Shown in pieces: positions 12,581-23,895 of a stretch of 64,000 bases of DNA; the first letter of the stretch is position 1, and every line of letters starts with the position of its first letter. The stretch is from assembly GCF_009914755.1 (NCBI RefSeq), contig NC_060935.1. One strand, 5' to 3'. Below the pieces are notes generated by a model. It did not search any database. It had not been told where the DNA came from and saw only the letters and a list, made by a program, of their open reading frames with translations. Source of the DNA: the human T2T-CHM13v2.0 reference genome, Homo sapiens. Made by a program: the position numbers and the translations under genes.

Positions 12581-15329
12581 GACAGGTCTTAAATTTTTAT
12601 TCATATTGTGACATTGGCAGAATTCAGTTGGGCCATTGATCACCCACATTGGAAGATTGGAGGAGGCAGCCTGGGCTGGTGTGGGCTGCTTATACCACAG
12701 ACAAAGTGCAGGTAGAGTGAGAAGAGGGCCCAGAACCAAACAGAAACTCCAAAATTTAGGAGTGATAACTAGGATTTGTAGAAACTTCTATTTGGTTATA
12801 ATGTCAGTGTGTTGATGGCTTATGCAATACAACATGTACATTCCTCTCCATTCTCTTCTTCATCCTCAGAGGGATGATGGGGAAGAAATTGTAGAGTATC
12901 TGTAGTGAATTCTTAATTTCTACTCTATCCTTTCTCTACTCATTGACAGAGCCAAAACTGAGATGTGGAACTCATGGAATTTGACATATTGACAACTCAT
13001 TTCTTCATTAAGTATTTACTAGCTTGTGTCTTCTGTTGATTCCTGTATTATTGCTACTTAATGTTTTACATATTGGCGCTTTGTCTTCTTCAACAAATGA
13101 ATGCTTCTTGAGGACAGGAGCCATAACCTGAGCCTCTTTGCTTCTGCTCTTTATTCTTAGTGCTAGCACACAGCAGAGCTTCTGGTGGGTGCAGGGAAAA
13201 TATTTGCCTTCAGTGATTATAAAAACGATGGTTATATTTTGGATAATCATTTTTTAAGCTCTTGCAAATGACAAAAATAGTCAAAGCAAGATATATTTAC
13301 TTAAAACTACGATGTGCAGTTTAAAGCACCAAAAAGGTATTAGTGAAAATCATAGTATTTGAAGACTCCAAAAATTAATAGCTCATGGCAATGGATCTCC
13401 CATATCAGGAAAGTGTTGGGCATTGATCTAGATTTCAGAAAACGAGGGGTGTGACAGGTGTAAATCAGTGATCCAAGGCTGTTGCCTGCGGTCCTATTTA
13501 TGGCTCACTGACACCTCTCTGATGGGGTGAATTCAGCCTGATTTTCCCCTCTGACTCTGCAGGCTGCAGCAACTCACTGGGAGCCATGGGAAAGAGAGAA
13601 ACTCCTCCCTCCAGGGGTCCTGGGCAGAGACAAATGGATCTCCCCTCCCCCTCCCTTATCTGAAGAGGGCTTCCCTCTGAGAGTTTATGGCAGCCTGACC
13701 TCCAGCCTCTGGGTTGGAGAATCTGGCCGCTTCTGTACCACATAAAAAGGGCAAGTGCATTCATTATTATTATATTATTATACAATGTATAATATATAAT
13801 AGCGATTATGCTGTCAGCAGCCAGAGACTCTGACTGCAGATCAGAGGCTAGGGTGACATAAATCCACCTAGTGAAGTTTTTGAAGGTTCTATGTGAAGGT
13901 GAGAGGATTCTAATCTGTCTATAATGGGGGCTACCACTGAAGAGTTTCTCCCACAAGCAACGTTGGTGGGTGGATTTGAGGGTATTGGGAGGATCTGGAC
14001 AAACAGTAGTGTGTGTATCTGGGATGTGATATAAGAAGGGTCTCAATTGCCTCCCCTGAGCCAGGCAATGCTAACAGCTCTCATCCTTGCCCATGACGGA
14101 GGCGGGTGAGTGGCGACCCAGAGGCCTGAGAAGAGCTCAGGGGCAGCCTTCAACTTCTTGGGTCAGATTCTTTACTGAAAACCCAGAGGCTGGGTTTCAC
14201 TTTCTGCTTTCCCGCTTTTGTCGGTGTCTTTGTCTGGGCTTCTTCCAGGCCCCCTGCCTGGCCTGGGGTCAGAGGATCAATGGCTGCCTGACTGGCTGAA
14301 AGGGCTCCTCTATGGGGAGCAAGAAGCAAACTTCCAGAGGCAGAAGGGGTTCTCTTGTCCCTTTATGCGGAGGGCCATGTGCTAAGTTGAGGAAGCAAGC
14401 AAGTGTGCTCCTGTGTGTGGCTCTTAGTAGGACTGTGATCTCTGCTGAGTGAATGGAGGCGCTTGTGGGTCTACACATGCCTGCTTTTGTCTTCCACTGT
14501 AGAGGGCATGTAAGGAGCCCATTTCCTCCCTGATGTAGATGAAGCCACCCCAGCAGGCCCAGGCTGAAACAGCCCAGCTGGTCTTTCCCTTTATATGACT
14601 GCACCCCAGCCCCCAGAACTCTGGGAACTCACTGAGTTTCTTGAGGACTTTTTATTAGAATGAAAATAGCAGTGGCTTAGAACAGGCTTGCCTGACATTT
14701 GCAAAGAAGTGCTTTACTGACAAAGCCTATCCACTCTTTCCTCTCTCCCTCTGCCCCACCTTGAACCAGACACCCCGGGAAGCCCACAGCAGAAAAAGCT
14801 CTTGAGACCAGGAATAACTAACCAGAGTGTCATCTGAACACCTTTTCTGGGGCCAGGGTAATGAGAATTATTCAAATGCAATCATAAAAATGAGGCCAGC
14901 CAGGCAGGAAAAGGGGGAGGGGGAGTGCTGGTGGAAGGAAGGATTTCTTGCCCGTTTTAAGTTTCATCATTTCTGGGGAGTTCTCTTGGGGTCCACAGAA
15001 AATCTCACCTCATCTCGGTCCCCTCAGCACCGGTGATATCTTGGAACTCGGCCCCGGTTGTTCGCTAAGGAGGACTTGGCTTGGGGGCGGGAGGGTGCTC
15101 CAGAGTTCCTGGGGGTCCACCGCACTCCCCATCCGAGGCTCCTCGCGAGCGGAGCCGCTTCTCCAGGCCGCCCGCCTCCCTGCCGCAGGAGCAGGCCCGC
15201 GCCCGCCGCCCGAGAGCCTCCGGTAGAGGGAGACACTCCAGCGGCTCCTCCGACTTGGCAGCGGCCGGGCCGGGAGTGGGTGGGGGTGATGGGGGGTGGG
15301 GAGAAAAGGGGGAGTGGGGAGAGGGGAGG

Positions 15330-15444
15330 TGTGTGAAGGGGGGGTCCGGGGGGCGGGTCCCTGTGCCGCTGACGTCCCGAGCAGTGCTGGGAAGTATAGG
15401 CTGTGTTGTCACGCCGGTGTCAGTCTGATGAAGATTGGCATCAG
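15330..15444 (+). other. PKNOX2: Non-coding first exon (5' UTR), probably PKNOX2 exon 1; TSS approximate
   Basis: Lies in the CpG island and ends at a consensus donor CAG|GTAAGC; sequence recalled as the PKNOX2 mRNA 5' end (not verified by search). Confidence 0.6.
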
Positions 15445-15449
15445 GTAAG

Positions 15450-15459
15450 CTGTCATTCA
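15450..15459 (-). promoter_or_regulatory. PBX-PREP(PKNOX)/MEIS decamer site TGAATGACAG
   Basis: + strand ctgtcattca = reverse complement TGAATGACAG, an exact match to TGANTGACAG; CCAAT 11 bp downstream on the same strand. Confidence 0.7.
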
Positions 15460-15484
15460 TTTCCATGTCAGAGACGCTTTTGCA

Positions 15485-15519
15485 GGCGGCGGCGGCGGCG
15501 CGGCGGCGGCTGCTGCTGC
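15485..15519. repeat. (GGC)5 GC (GGC)3 (TGC)3 trinucleotide tract
   Basis: Read directly. Confidence 0.9.
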
Positions 15520-15595
15520 GGGCGGCTGCCTCAGAGCGCGTGTGTTTTATTCCAGTCCCCAAGCCAGAGTATTATTCATTGCGACAGGGCAAGGA

Positions 15596-15668
15596 GGAGA
15601 GAGGGAGAGAGGGAGGCAGCAGGGAGGAGAGAGAGGGAGGCAGCAGGGAGGAGGGAGGCAGGGAGCAG
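15596..15668. repeat. Purine-rich ~24-bp tandem repeat (gagagagggaggcagcagggagga x2 plus partial copies)
   Basis: Read directly. Confidence 0.75.
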
Positions 15669-15814
15669 CGAGGGACGGCGGGAGCGTGCAGAGAGAAGCT
15701 GGGGAAGCGCCGGGAGAGCGCGGAGCGGAGCAGCGCGAGGGGCGGCGAGGCCGGGCACGGAGGCTGCGAGAGCCCCGCGGGCCGCCCGCTCCCCTGCCCG
15801 GCCAGCGCTCAGCC

Positions 15815-15835
15815 CCGCCGCCGCCGCCGCCGCCG
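15815..15835. repeat. (CCG)7 repeat
   Basis: Read directly. Confidence 0.95.
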
Positions 15836-18800
15836 CCTCGCCGCGCTTGGGCCCGTGGCCGGCCGCGCATTGTCCTCGGGTGCAAGGAGCCGGGCTGCGG
15901 ACTCGAATCGCCGCGGGCCCAACCCCGTAGCGGGCGGGCGGGGAGCTGTGCGCCAGGAGCGCCAGGGGACCCGAGAATAGGAACAGGCACGCCGGCCCGA
16001 GCCCGGGTGCAGAAGGCTCCCGGCCGGGCGCTCCGCGGGGAGAGGCTGGGAACCGCGGGCAGGCTCCAGGTTCTCTTTCTCCCGGCTTCGGGCGTCCTTG
16101 GGGCCGGCGCTTACTCCGCGCCACCAGCCTGGAGATGCTTTCCAGCGGCTGGAGGCGGGAGCGGTCCCAGGCTGGGGCCAGGTGACCGGAGGAGTCGAGG
16201 AGCCGCGGCCGCGGCCTGGGGAGGCAGGGCGAATGAGGGTTTGCAGACGGATCAGTGGAGACAGGGGAACACCGGCGGGGCCCGGGAAGCCAGGATCCGA
16301 GGGGCTACACGCACGGACCCTCACCCAGGGAGGAGCGAGAATGTGTAGGGTCACCGGCTTTCCATGATTGCTGGGGATCTTTGGTGAGGCGGGCGTAGGG
16401 GCCCGCGCGAGGCTTGGGAATCGGGAGCCCTTCTGGCTCGAGAACTAGGGGATGAGTTCGTAAAAGAGGGAACTGAAAGCGATCGAGAGCGGAGAGCTGA
16501 GGGGGATGGCGCAGGATCCCGAATCTGCCGCTCAAAGTTTGCATTTCTTTCGGGTTAGGAGACGGGCTTTCCTGGCTCCCGATCCCCAGGAAGAAACGAG
16601 CGAAATGGGCCGTCCTTTCCCGGGGCTCTTCACGGGGGAGCCGGGGGTTTCCGCGCGGTGGGGAGACTCGGGTTGGGAATTGAGGGGTAGGGGCTTGTGG
16701 ATCGGCCTGAATTAGGGCTGGGTTTTAGGACCAGTCTAGAGTTCGGTTTATAGGATCCAGACTGTTTACGGAATCGGGATCGAGGGGCCGATAAGTAGTT
16801 TACACGCCGGCCAGAGCAGAGGGCTGGAGGTCGGAGTTGGGGGCTGGAGGAACGGGTGGCGTTTTTAGGATTCAGTAACAGGATCACAGCTTTTTCTTGT
16901 GGTGGAAGCTATTGGAATTTGGGGAGGGTAGCACGAGGGGTCCTGCAGCTCCGCGTGTGAAAAAGCGTTTAGGTAGGCGATGAAAGTAGTTGATCTGAGC
17001 CATGGCAGGCGAGCCCCGAATTTTTGCTGCTTCCCCCTGAAAGTGTTTCTTTAGGAGGAGAGGACTTGGGCCACACAGGACCCGGTCCTAAGAGAGCGAT
17101 TCCGGGAAGCGGACAGATCGAAGAGACCTTCTGGGCGAAGCGGCAGGGCAGCCTCGCGGGGCTGGGAGTGGATCTGAGGTCCCGACCCAGGCGGCTCGGA
17201 GTGCTCCAGGAGCCACCTGGGTCTGCGGGCGCAGCGCGGCGGGGCGGGAGCGGTGGCCCGCAGGGGCCGCGGCCTGCGATGAAGGCCGGGGGGCAGCGCT
17301 AGCAGCGAGGTGCCACAGTGGGCCGAGGAGTCTGGGCTGTGGCCCAGGGTAGGACCGGCTCAAACTCCAGTGCCCTGATTGGAGCCGCTTCCTGTGCTTA
17401 CCCGCGCCGGACTGAGAAGCCCACAAACCCGGCCTTTGGTGCGCCCGGGGGAGGAGGAAGCTTGGAGTGCCCTACTGTCATCTCTCCTGTCCGGAGACTT
17501 CAGGATATTAGCTTTTCGGGTTTCAAATGCTCTATAACCGGTGGCAGCCAAAAGCTTCGCATTTTAGGCAGTTTAGACGATCCTCCCCGCCCCAAATCTG
17601 AGAATGATGGTGTTCAAACATAACACGGTGTATTACCCAAAGCCCCTGCCCTTGCCCTCCTGCTCTCTCTGCCGTTCTGGCCTTCGGAGGCCCCAGGACC
17701 TTGGTGGAAGCGGGGAGGGAGGGTCCCGTTTCTGGTCTCATAATCTCCCACTCGGGCTGCATCCCCATAGCTTGGGCCTAGCTGTGGGGTGTGGGGTGGG
17801 AAGGGGTCCCGACCAGGGAGGTAGGTTATTCTCTGGGCATCTAGAGAAAGAGTGTGTGTGGGGGGTGGGAGCGGGGGGGAGGAGGGCATTGAGGGGAGGA
17901 AGATTTGAGATTTCCTCCTCTTAATATTAAACCCACCATCCCAGCCCCCTGCACCCCTGGCAGGGAGAGCCAGACAGCCCTTACAGGACACGGAAGACGC
18001 ACGACCCACGACCCACGAGTGGCCTCGGCGGCCCGGGGCGCGGCGACTGCCGCCGCGGAGCTCCAAGGCTGTTGTTTTGTAGGCTTGGAATTCGTGAGAG
18101 CTCTCTCCCGCTGAGAGCCCGAGGGGGGAGGGAGCCGTGACCCCACGGAGACTCCCTGGTCACCGCCTCCCCTTTGTGAGCGGGAAAGGCTTGAAAGCCA
18201 AGAGAAAGAGAGGCTGCTCAGAATAAGGGGCAGGGGGTTACCGGAGGGAGATGGGCCCGACCACCGCTCACAGTAAAATGCCTCGTGCGAATTGCACTGA
18301 AGTATACCCAACTTGAGACTGGCTGTTTTATGATCCTCTCTGGGAGTTTACTGCTCTCTGCTTTTAAGTCTATAGATTGCTTTAAGTTAATGAAAGTGCT
18401 GCTTTCAAAAGGGGCTTTTATTGTGTGGCAGTGGCAAATCCAGTACCTCCCCTTTACTCTTCCAAAATGGGCCTGTTTAAAAAGAGGGAGCTTGCTGGAT
18501 CCCACATGGCAGAGCTTGGGGGAGGGTGCCATGTGACAATGAGAATTAATAAAAGTTAATGTCCAAGTGATTCTGAAAGACGAGTTTGCTTCTTTTCCAG
18601 TCCGGTTTCATCTGTTCATTCTCGTGTTGCCTTTGGGCTTTCACTGAGTCTGCCTTTAAATGTTGCTTGGTGCCTCCCCAGCAGCCTCTCCCAGCATTGC
18701 TTTAGGTAGGCCTGACCCCTGTTCAGTTAAACCCAAACTGGATTTCAGGATTTCAGCCCAGCTGCCAATTCAAACTGCAACTAAAATATTTACTTGGGAC

Positions 18801-21800
18801 TGGGGGAGGGGCTTTGCCTCGCGTTTAGTAAGATAAATGTGTTTAAATGCCTGGGAACCTTGAGAAGGAACAAGGCAGGCTGTTTTTCAGTGCTTTTTGC
18901 TTTTTCAATCTGTTTGGCACAAAAGGTGAGATGACAAGGTTTTTGACTAGGTCCTAACACAGAAACTGCAGTGGGCTCAGGCTGTGGCTTTGACCGCATG
19001 TCATAACCATTTAAACTGTGGTTAGTTGTTCAAAGCTCAAAGCTTCTCCAAGCTGGGTTTCATTAACTCTACACCAGTTGCCTGGAAGTTCAGTAGCAAT
19101 AAATTGTATAAACACATTTGAAGTAAGTTAGTGATGAAATAAGTAGAATTACTGTCTTGTGAGTGGAGAATCCTGAATTCATGGAGTTCTAGCTTAACTG
19201 GAAACATACCTCCTCTCCCTTGGCCTTGAAGTTTATGGGTGCACCAGAGTGTGTGTTAAATTTCTTTCTGCCATGTCCATCTTCAACCTGGGCTGTAACT
19301 CATTAGAGACCAAGGCATGCCTAGAAAGCAAAACGGCTGGATTTTAAAAGGGTCTCTATTAGCTTGGTTTAGGAATCAAACCAAACCAATTGACCTGACT
19401 TCTTTACCTTCCGTGAATCCAACGTGCAACGTAAACAGCAGCAGAGCAGGGGAAAATTAGATGTTTAAATGTTAGAGGCTTAATAATACTGCGTTGTTAG
19501 CAATTGAATTTGTTTTTATTAAAGAAACAACCAATAAAATTTATAGGCTTCCAACATGTTGCAAGATTTCCTTGCTATTTATTTAGCTTCCCCCTCCCTA
19601 CTTTCTGAAATTCTATCTCTAATCTCAGGCTTTTGTTCCCGATTTATTTAATCTGGAGCACATTTTCTAAATTAGTTCGAGGAGGGTGAGAAAGGCTGTT
19701 ATGAGTTTTCCTTTTTCCTACGCTGTGTGGCACAAGGACTGCGATGCTGTAAGATATATATAAACGTGTGATGCAATTGCTGGAGGTGACGGCATGTGAA
19801 GCCAAGTGTCTGGATCAAACAAAACGCAGATCCGAGCATGGAGAGGGTGAAAACGATGCTGCAGAGGAAAAACTGAGGAAGTTCTAATGGAAAATGAAAT
19901 CATCATGAACCACCGTTAGCCTGAGTCTAGCCAACACACCATGCTTTGTATAAAACACTTCACGTGAGATCCGTGACTTATTGAAGACTGAATTATACTG
20001 AGAAGCAGAATTTAGAGGGAGGAGCTCCACGGGCTGGGTTCTATCCAGGCAGCATGGCCAGGATTGTTGCGATGGGGATCTGCTAATTTAATTAAATCTA
20101 ATACCTGGTGGGAAAGGGAGGAAGGAGGGAGGGAAGTGGTGGGCAGATAATCAAGGTTGGCAGGTCAGCATGCTGAGCTAGTGTTTAGGCTGAAATTTAG
20201 TGGCCTGGTCTCTTTTGACTCTGTTATTGCCAGGGCTGCATGACTCCAGTGGGTCATCTAGCTTCTGGGCCTTGGTTTCTTCATCTGTAAAGTGGAATGT
20301 ATCACACACAGTTCTCACTAGGGTGAGATGATGGGCTTGGATCAAGCACAGGCTGCGCTCTGAGTAAAAAAAATGGGAGATAGAGGCTTCTCAGCAGCAA
20401 AGTCACATTCTTCGGTGTGTTTTCTTTCCTCGCCTGGCTCCAGGGCCTTCCCCACAACTCTCAGGAGTTCTTAGGCTATAGTAAAGGGGCTGAATTCCTG
20501 CCTTGCATTACATCCTAGAATTTGAAAGGCCTGCTGTGACTCCAAAAACCATCTACACTTTACCAAGAGGGGCAATTTTGGCTGAGTTGGGGGATCCAGC
20601 CCGCTTCTTCCAAATGGTGTTACCTGGAATAGCTGTCCTGTATCAGACGAATGCAGAATCTGACTTATCAGAAATGCAGCCCCTTCTCTTTATTCCACTG
20701 GGAAGGCAAGGCCTGAGCCCTGACTGGTGTGTGTGTGACATCTGGTCGGCTGAGGGGGTTGGGTGCTGGTCTGCAGCTAGCCACGGCCTGAACCTCTCTT
20801 AGCAGTCTCTGCTGGCAGATCAAAGCAGATTCTGGGCCAGAAAGCCCAAGAAGTTACACCCGGCACTTACACAAAACTGTGTGTGCGCTCGTAGACTCCT
20901 TCTGTTCCGGTGTCTGATTTGTAAAAGCTAGCTCTGATCCTGGAGACGCGGCTCTGGTGGAATGCTTGTCTTTAATACTCCCTAGTCTTTGGGGATTCCT
21001 TGGGGTAATTTTTCCTCCTCATTTCCTTCTCAGCCAATCACAGGCAACATCTTAGTCTCCATTTTGATTGGGGGTGGGAGACAGGGCTGGGGGTTGAGAG
21101 AGCAACAGTTGGAGGGCACAGTCTTTCTACCTGAACTCCAGGTTTTCCTCCCGTCCAGAACCCCCAGGAGAGAGGGAGAAGCAAGCCCGGGACAGCTCAG
21201 TTCATCTCACGCGGTCAAGCAGAGCTTGAGAAGAGCTTGCTGCAAATGCGTTGTCTTCAAGGGGATCTGCTGTTTGGCTTGGATGCCTCACTGCAGGCCC
21301 GGCCTGCCTGGGTTTCTAATTACAAGAAGGACGTTTCTGCTAAGACCTATCTCACTAAAAACACATCCCTGTGTGTAATAAGAAACCCTAAACCAGGCAG
21401 GATATTTTAAAACTGAAGCAATGAAGATTAGATTAAGTCTCCACCAAACAGCTTCGTTCTTGTATTATTTTTGGCTGGAATGTGGAGAAAAGCAGCTGGC
21501 CCTGGGGCCCAGAGCAGACTCTGGAGAGTTCGGATAGGGCCGGGGTGGGTGGGGTAACTGTTAGTTTTCTGCTTAGTAGGAACGTGGCCAATTTGAGTAC
21601 GGCTCAGTCAAGGCAGTGGGGGTGCCCAGTGGGGGAGGGGGGAGGCTGGGGTGGAGGAGGAGCCAGATCCAGATGGGCCAGAAAGCGGCCACAGAAGCAG
21701 CAGGTCACAGGGCACTGAGGCTTGTAAATCCTCCACCTCATTAGGACGTAGTCTTTTGTGTTCAATTTACATCTCTACTCACATCGCCATCCCAAATCTA

Positions 21801-23679
21801 GTAGAAAGGGAACAAATAGTTGTTGAGGATTCTTGGAAATAGAACCCAGTAATCGGGCATCATGGGCAGGTGTCCTGCCTTGCTGGGGAGGGGCAGCATG
21901 GCATTCACCCATTCCCTTTGTTCTTCCATTCAGCAAATATTTATAGAGCATCTTCTGTGTCCCCGGCACAGTCCTAGGCATTGAGGAGACAGCAGCAAAA
22001 ACAAAGCCAAGACATTGCCATGAAGCCTGTCCTCAAGGAGCTTGCTTGTGGTGGGGGCGGTGTTGAGTATGGGCTTTATTTAGCATCAGGCAAAACTTCA
22101 TTTAGAGCCTAGCCCTGCTCTTTACCTGTCATATGGATCTAGACAAGTTGCTTAACATCTTCGATCCAGTTACCCCATTTGTAAATTGGGAAGTAAAAGC
22201 ACATAGCTCACAGGACTGTTGAGGGGCATCTGTTAAGTCCCTAGCACGGTGTCTGGCACAGAGGAGAGGCTCAGTCATGGTTGACTCTCCTCTGTCATGT
22301 TATGTTGGAGCTGATGATCCAGTTGGAGGATTACCCCTTTCCCTTTCCTTTTGCTTCCCCAGAACCTGGCTTGGGCCCTTTTCCAGGTCACTGGCGTCTT
22401 CAACCAGCGTTGCACAAATAGCCAGTCAATGCTGTGGCCTGGTGCTGCCTGCTGTGCACAGCCCTGGCAGAGGCTGCAGTAGAAAACAGGTACACAGACC
22501 CTGAGGACACTTTGGGGATGAGGGGTGTCTGGGGTTAACAGTAGAGAGGGCACATACAATACACAGACCTGAGAGATGATGGACAGAGAGGTGACGTGGA
22601 AAAAGCCACCAACCAGGTGTTAACCACAGGAGACAACAGTGGGGCAGGATGTGGAGTGACCAGGACAGAGTGGAGTCACAGGGCAGACTTCTGGGAGGAA
22701 GGGAGCCTCTGCAGAGTGTTAGAGGAGGACTGGCTGAGCGGCTGGCCAGTGGGGGCATGAAACATGAGCCTCCTAGGTCATGGTGCTCTGCGCTGTCCTG
22801 GGGACTGCAAGGGAGCAGCCTGGACTAGAAGGAGGAGCTTAGCCCCCTCTACCTATCCCAGGTGGCCAGAAGTGGGCTGTCCCTGCCCCAGGAGCACCAG
22901 GTAAGGCCTTGTTGTTTGGGTCCAGTTTCCCTTACACACTGAGGGATTTCCGAGCAGACCTTTCCACGTTGGCTTCTCAATGGGTAGAACTTAGACCAAT
23001 GAGTTGGTGCATGAGGCAAACAAATCACTTCACTCCTGGTTGCAACATGGCTTTCTTACCTAAGATCCCCTTTTTCCCTAAGCAGAGAGAGCAGAGACTA
23101 TAGGCCCACATCCAGCCCTCTTCCATCTCAGGAACCATGAAGCTGATTGATATCAGGGTGATCGGGATGGTGGAGAGAAAGGGGGGACTGGTAGTCTGAG
23201 CATGGTGGATTCCACTGTGGACTCAGCCACTGACTGACTGTGTGACCTTCAACAAGGGACTTACCTTCTCTGGATGTCAGTGTCCTCACTTATCCAATGA
23301 GGAGCTTGAACTTGCTCTCAGAGGTCCCCTTCTACTCAAAGTTCCATGATTCCATATTTCCTCCCAATTGGATTGCTTCGTGGCTTTGTGGCTAGGCAAT
23401 CATTAAAACCACCGCCACCGCCACAAATCCGAGCAAAGAATCATGATGACATTCAACAGACTGCAGGGGCTTGGCCCCTGTGGTATAGAGTCTTAAGGAC
23501 AGTGGGGGCCTAGGGGTTGGTTCTGACCCTTCTGATGGCCTGCCTGGGACAAATGGATGTTCCTAGCGATAGGGGATGGCTCCATGAGGCAGCAATTTCA
23601 GTCTGAAAACTCACTGGCTTCTTCATAAAAAGCAGCATTTACTTTTCTTGTTGAGACAGCGTGGGGCTAGGGGAAGGAA

Positions 23680-23895
23680 CACAGGCTTTGGAGTCAGATT
23701 CTGGGTTCTGACCCTGGTTCTACTACAGCTAAGCAGTGTGCACATCACTTAACCCCTCTGAGCCTCCGTTTTCTTGGCTTTATAGGTGAGGATAATAATA
23801 CTACCAAGCATATTTAAGACTGCTGTGAAAACTCTGGAAGAAAACATCTGTAAGTGGTTGGCACATGGCAAGCTCATGTTGAATAAATATTAGTC
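23680..23895 (+). mobile_element. MIR SINE
   Basis: caggctttggagtcag...ctgggttc...acttaacccctctgagcctccgttttc. Confidence 0.75.

Larger units (their letters stand above)
15020..18300. promoter_or_regulatory. PKNOX2: CpG island / promoter of the + strand gene (probably PKNOX2)
   Basis: Very high GC and CpG density versus flanks; GC box GGGGCGGG 15350-15357; CRE-like TGACGTC 15370-15376; CCAAT (ATTGG 15434-15438); no TATA box. Confidence is for the island; the gene name is from recall. Confidence 0.85.

Noticed and set aside
15024-15042. TCAGCACC, the left half of a REST/RE1 site
   Set aside because: The right half (GGACAG) is absent at the canonical spacing
15024-16354. Many long overlapping ORFs (up to 268 aa) on both strands
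   Set aside because: R/G/A/P-rich products of stop-poor CpG-island DNA; no homeodomain or other recognisable domain
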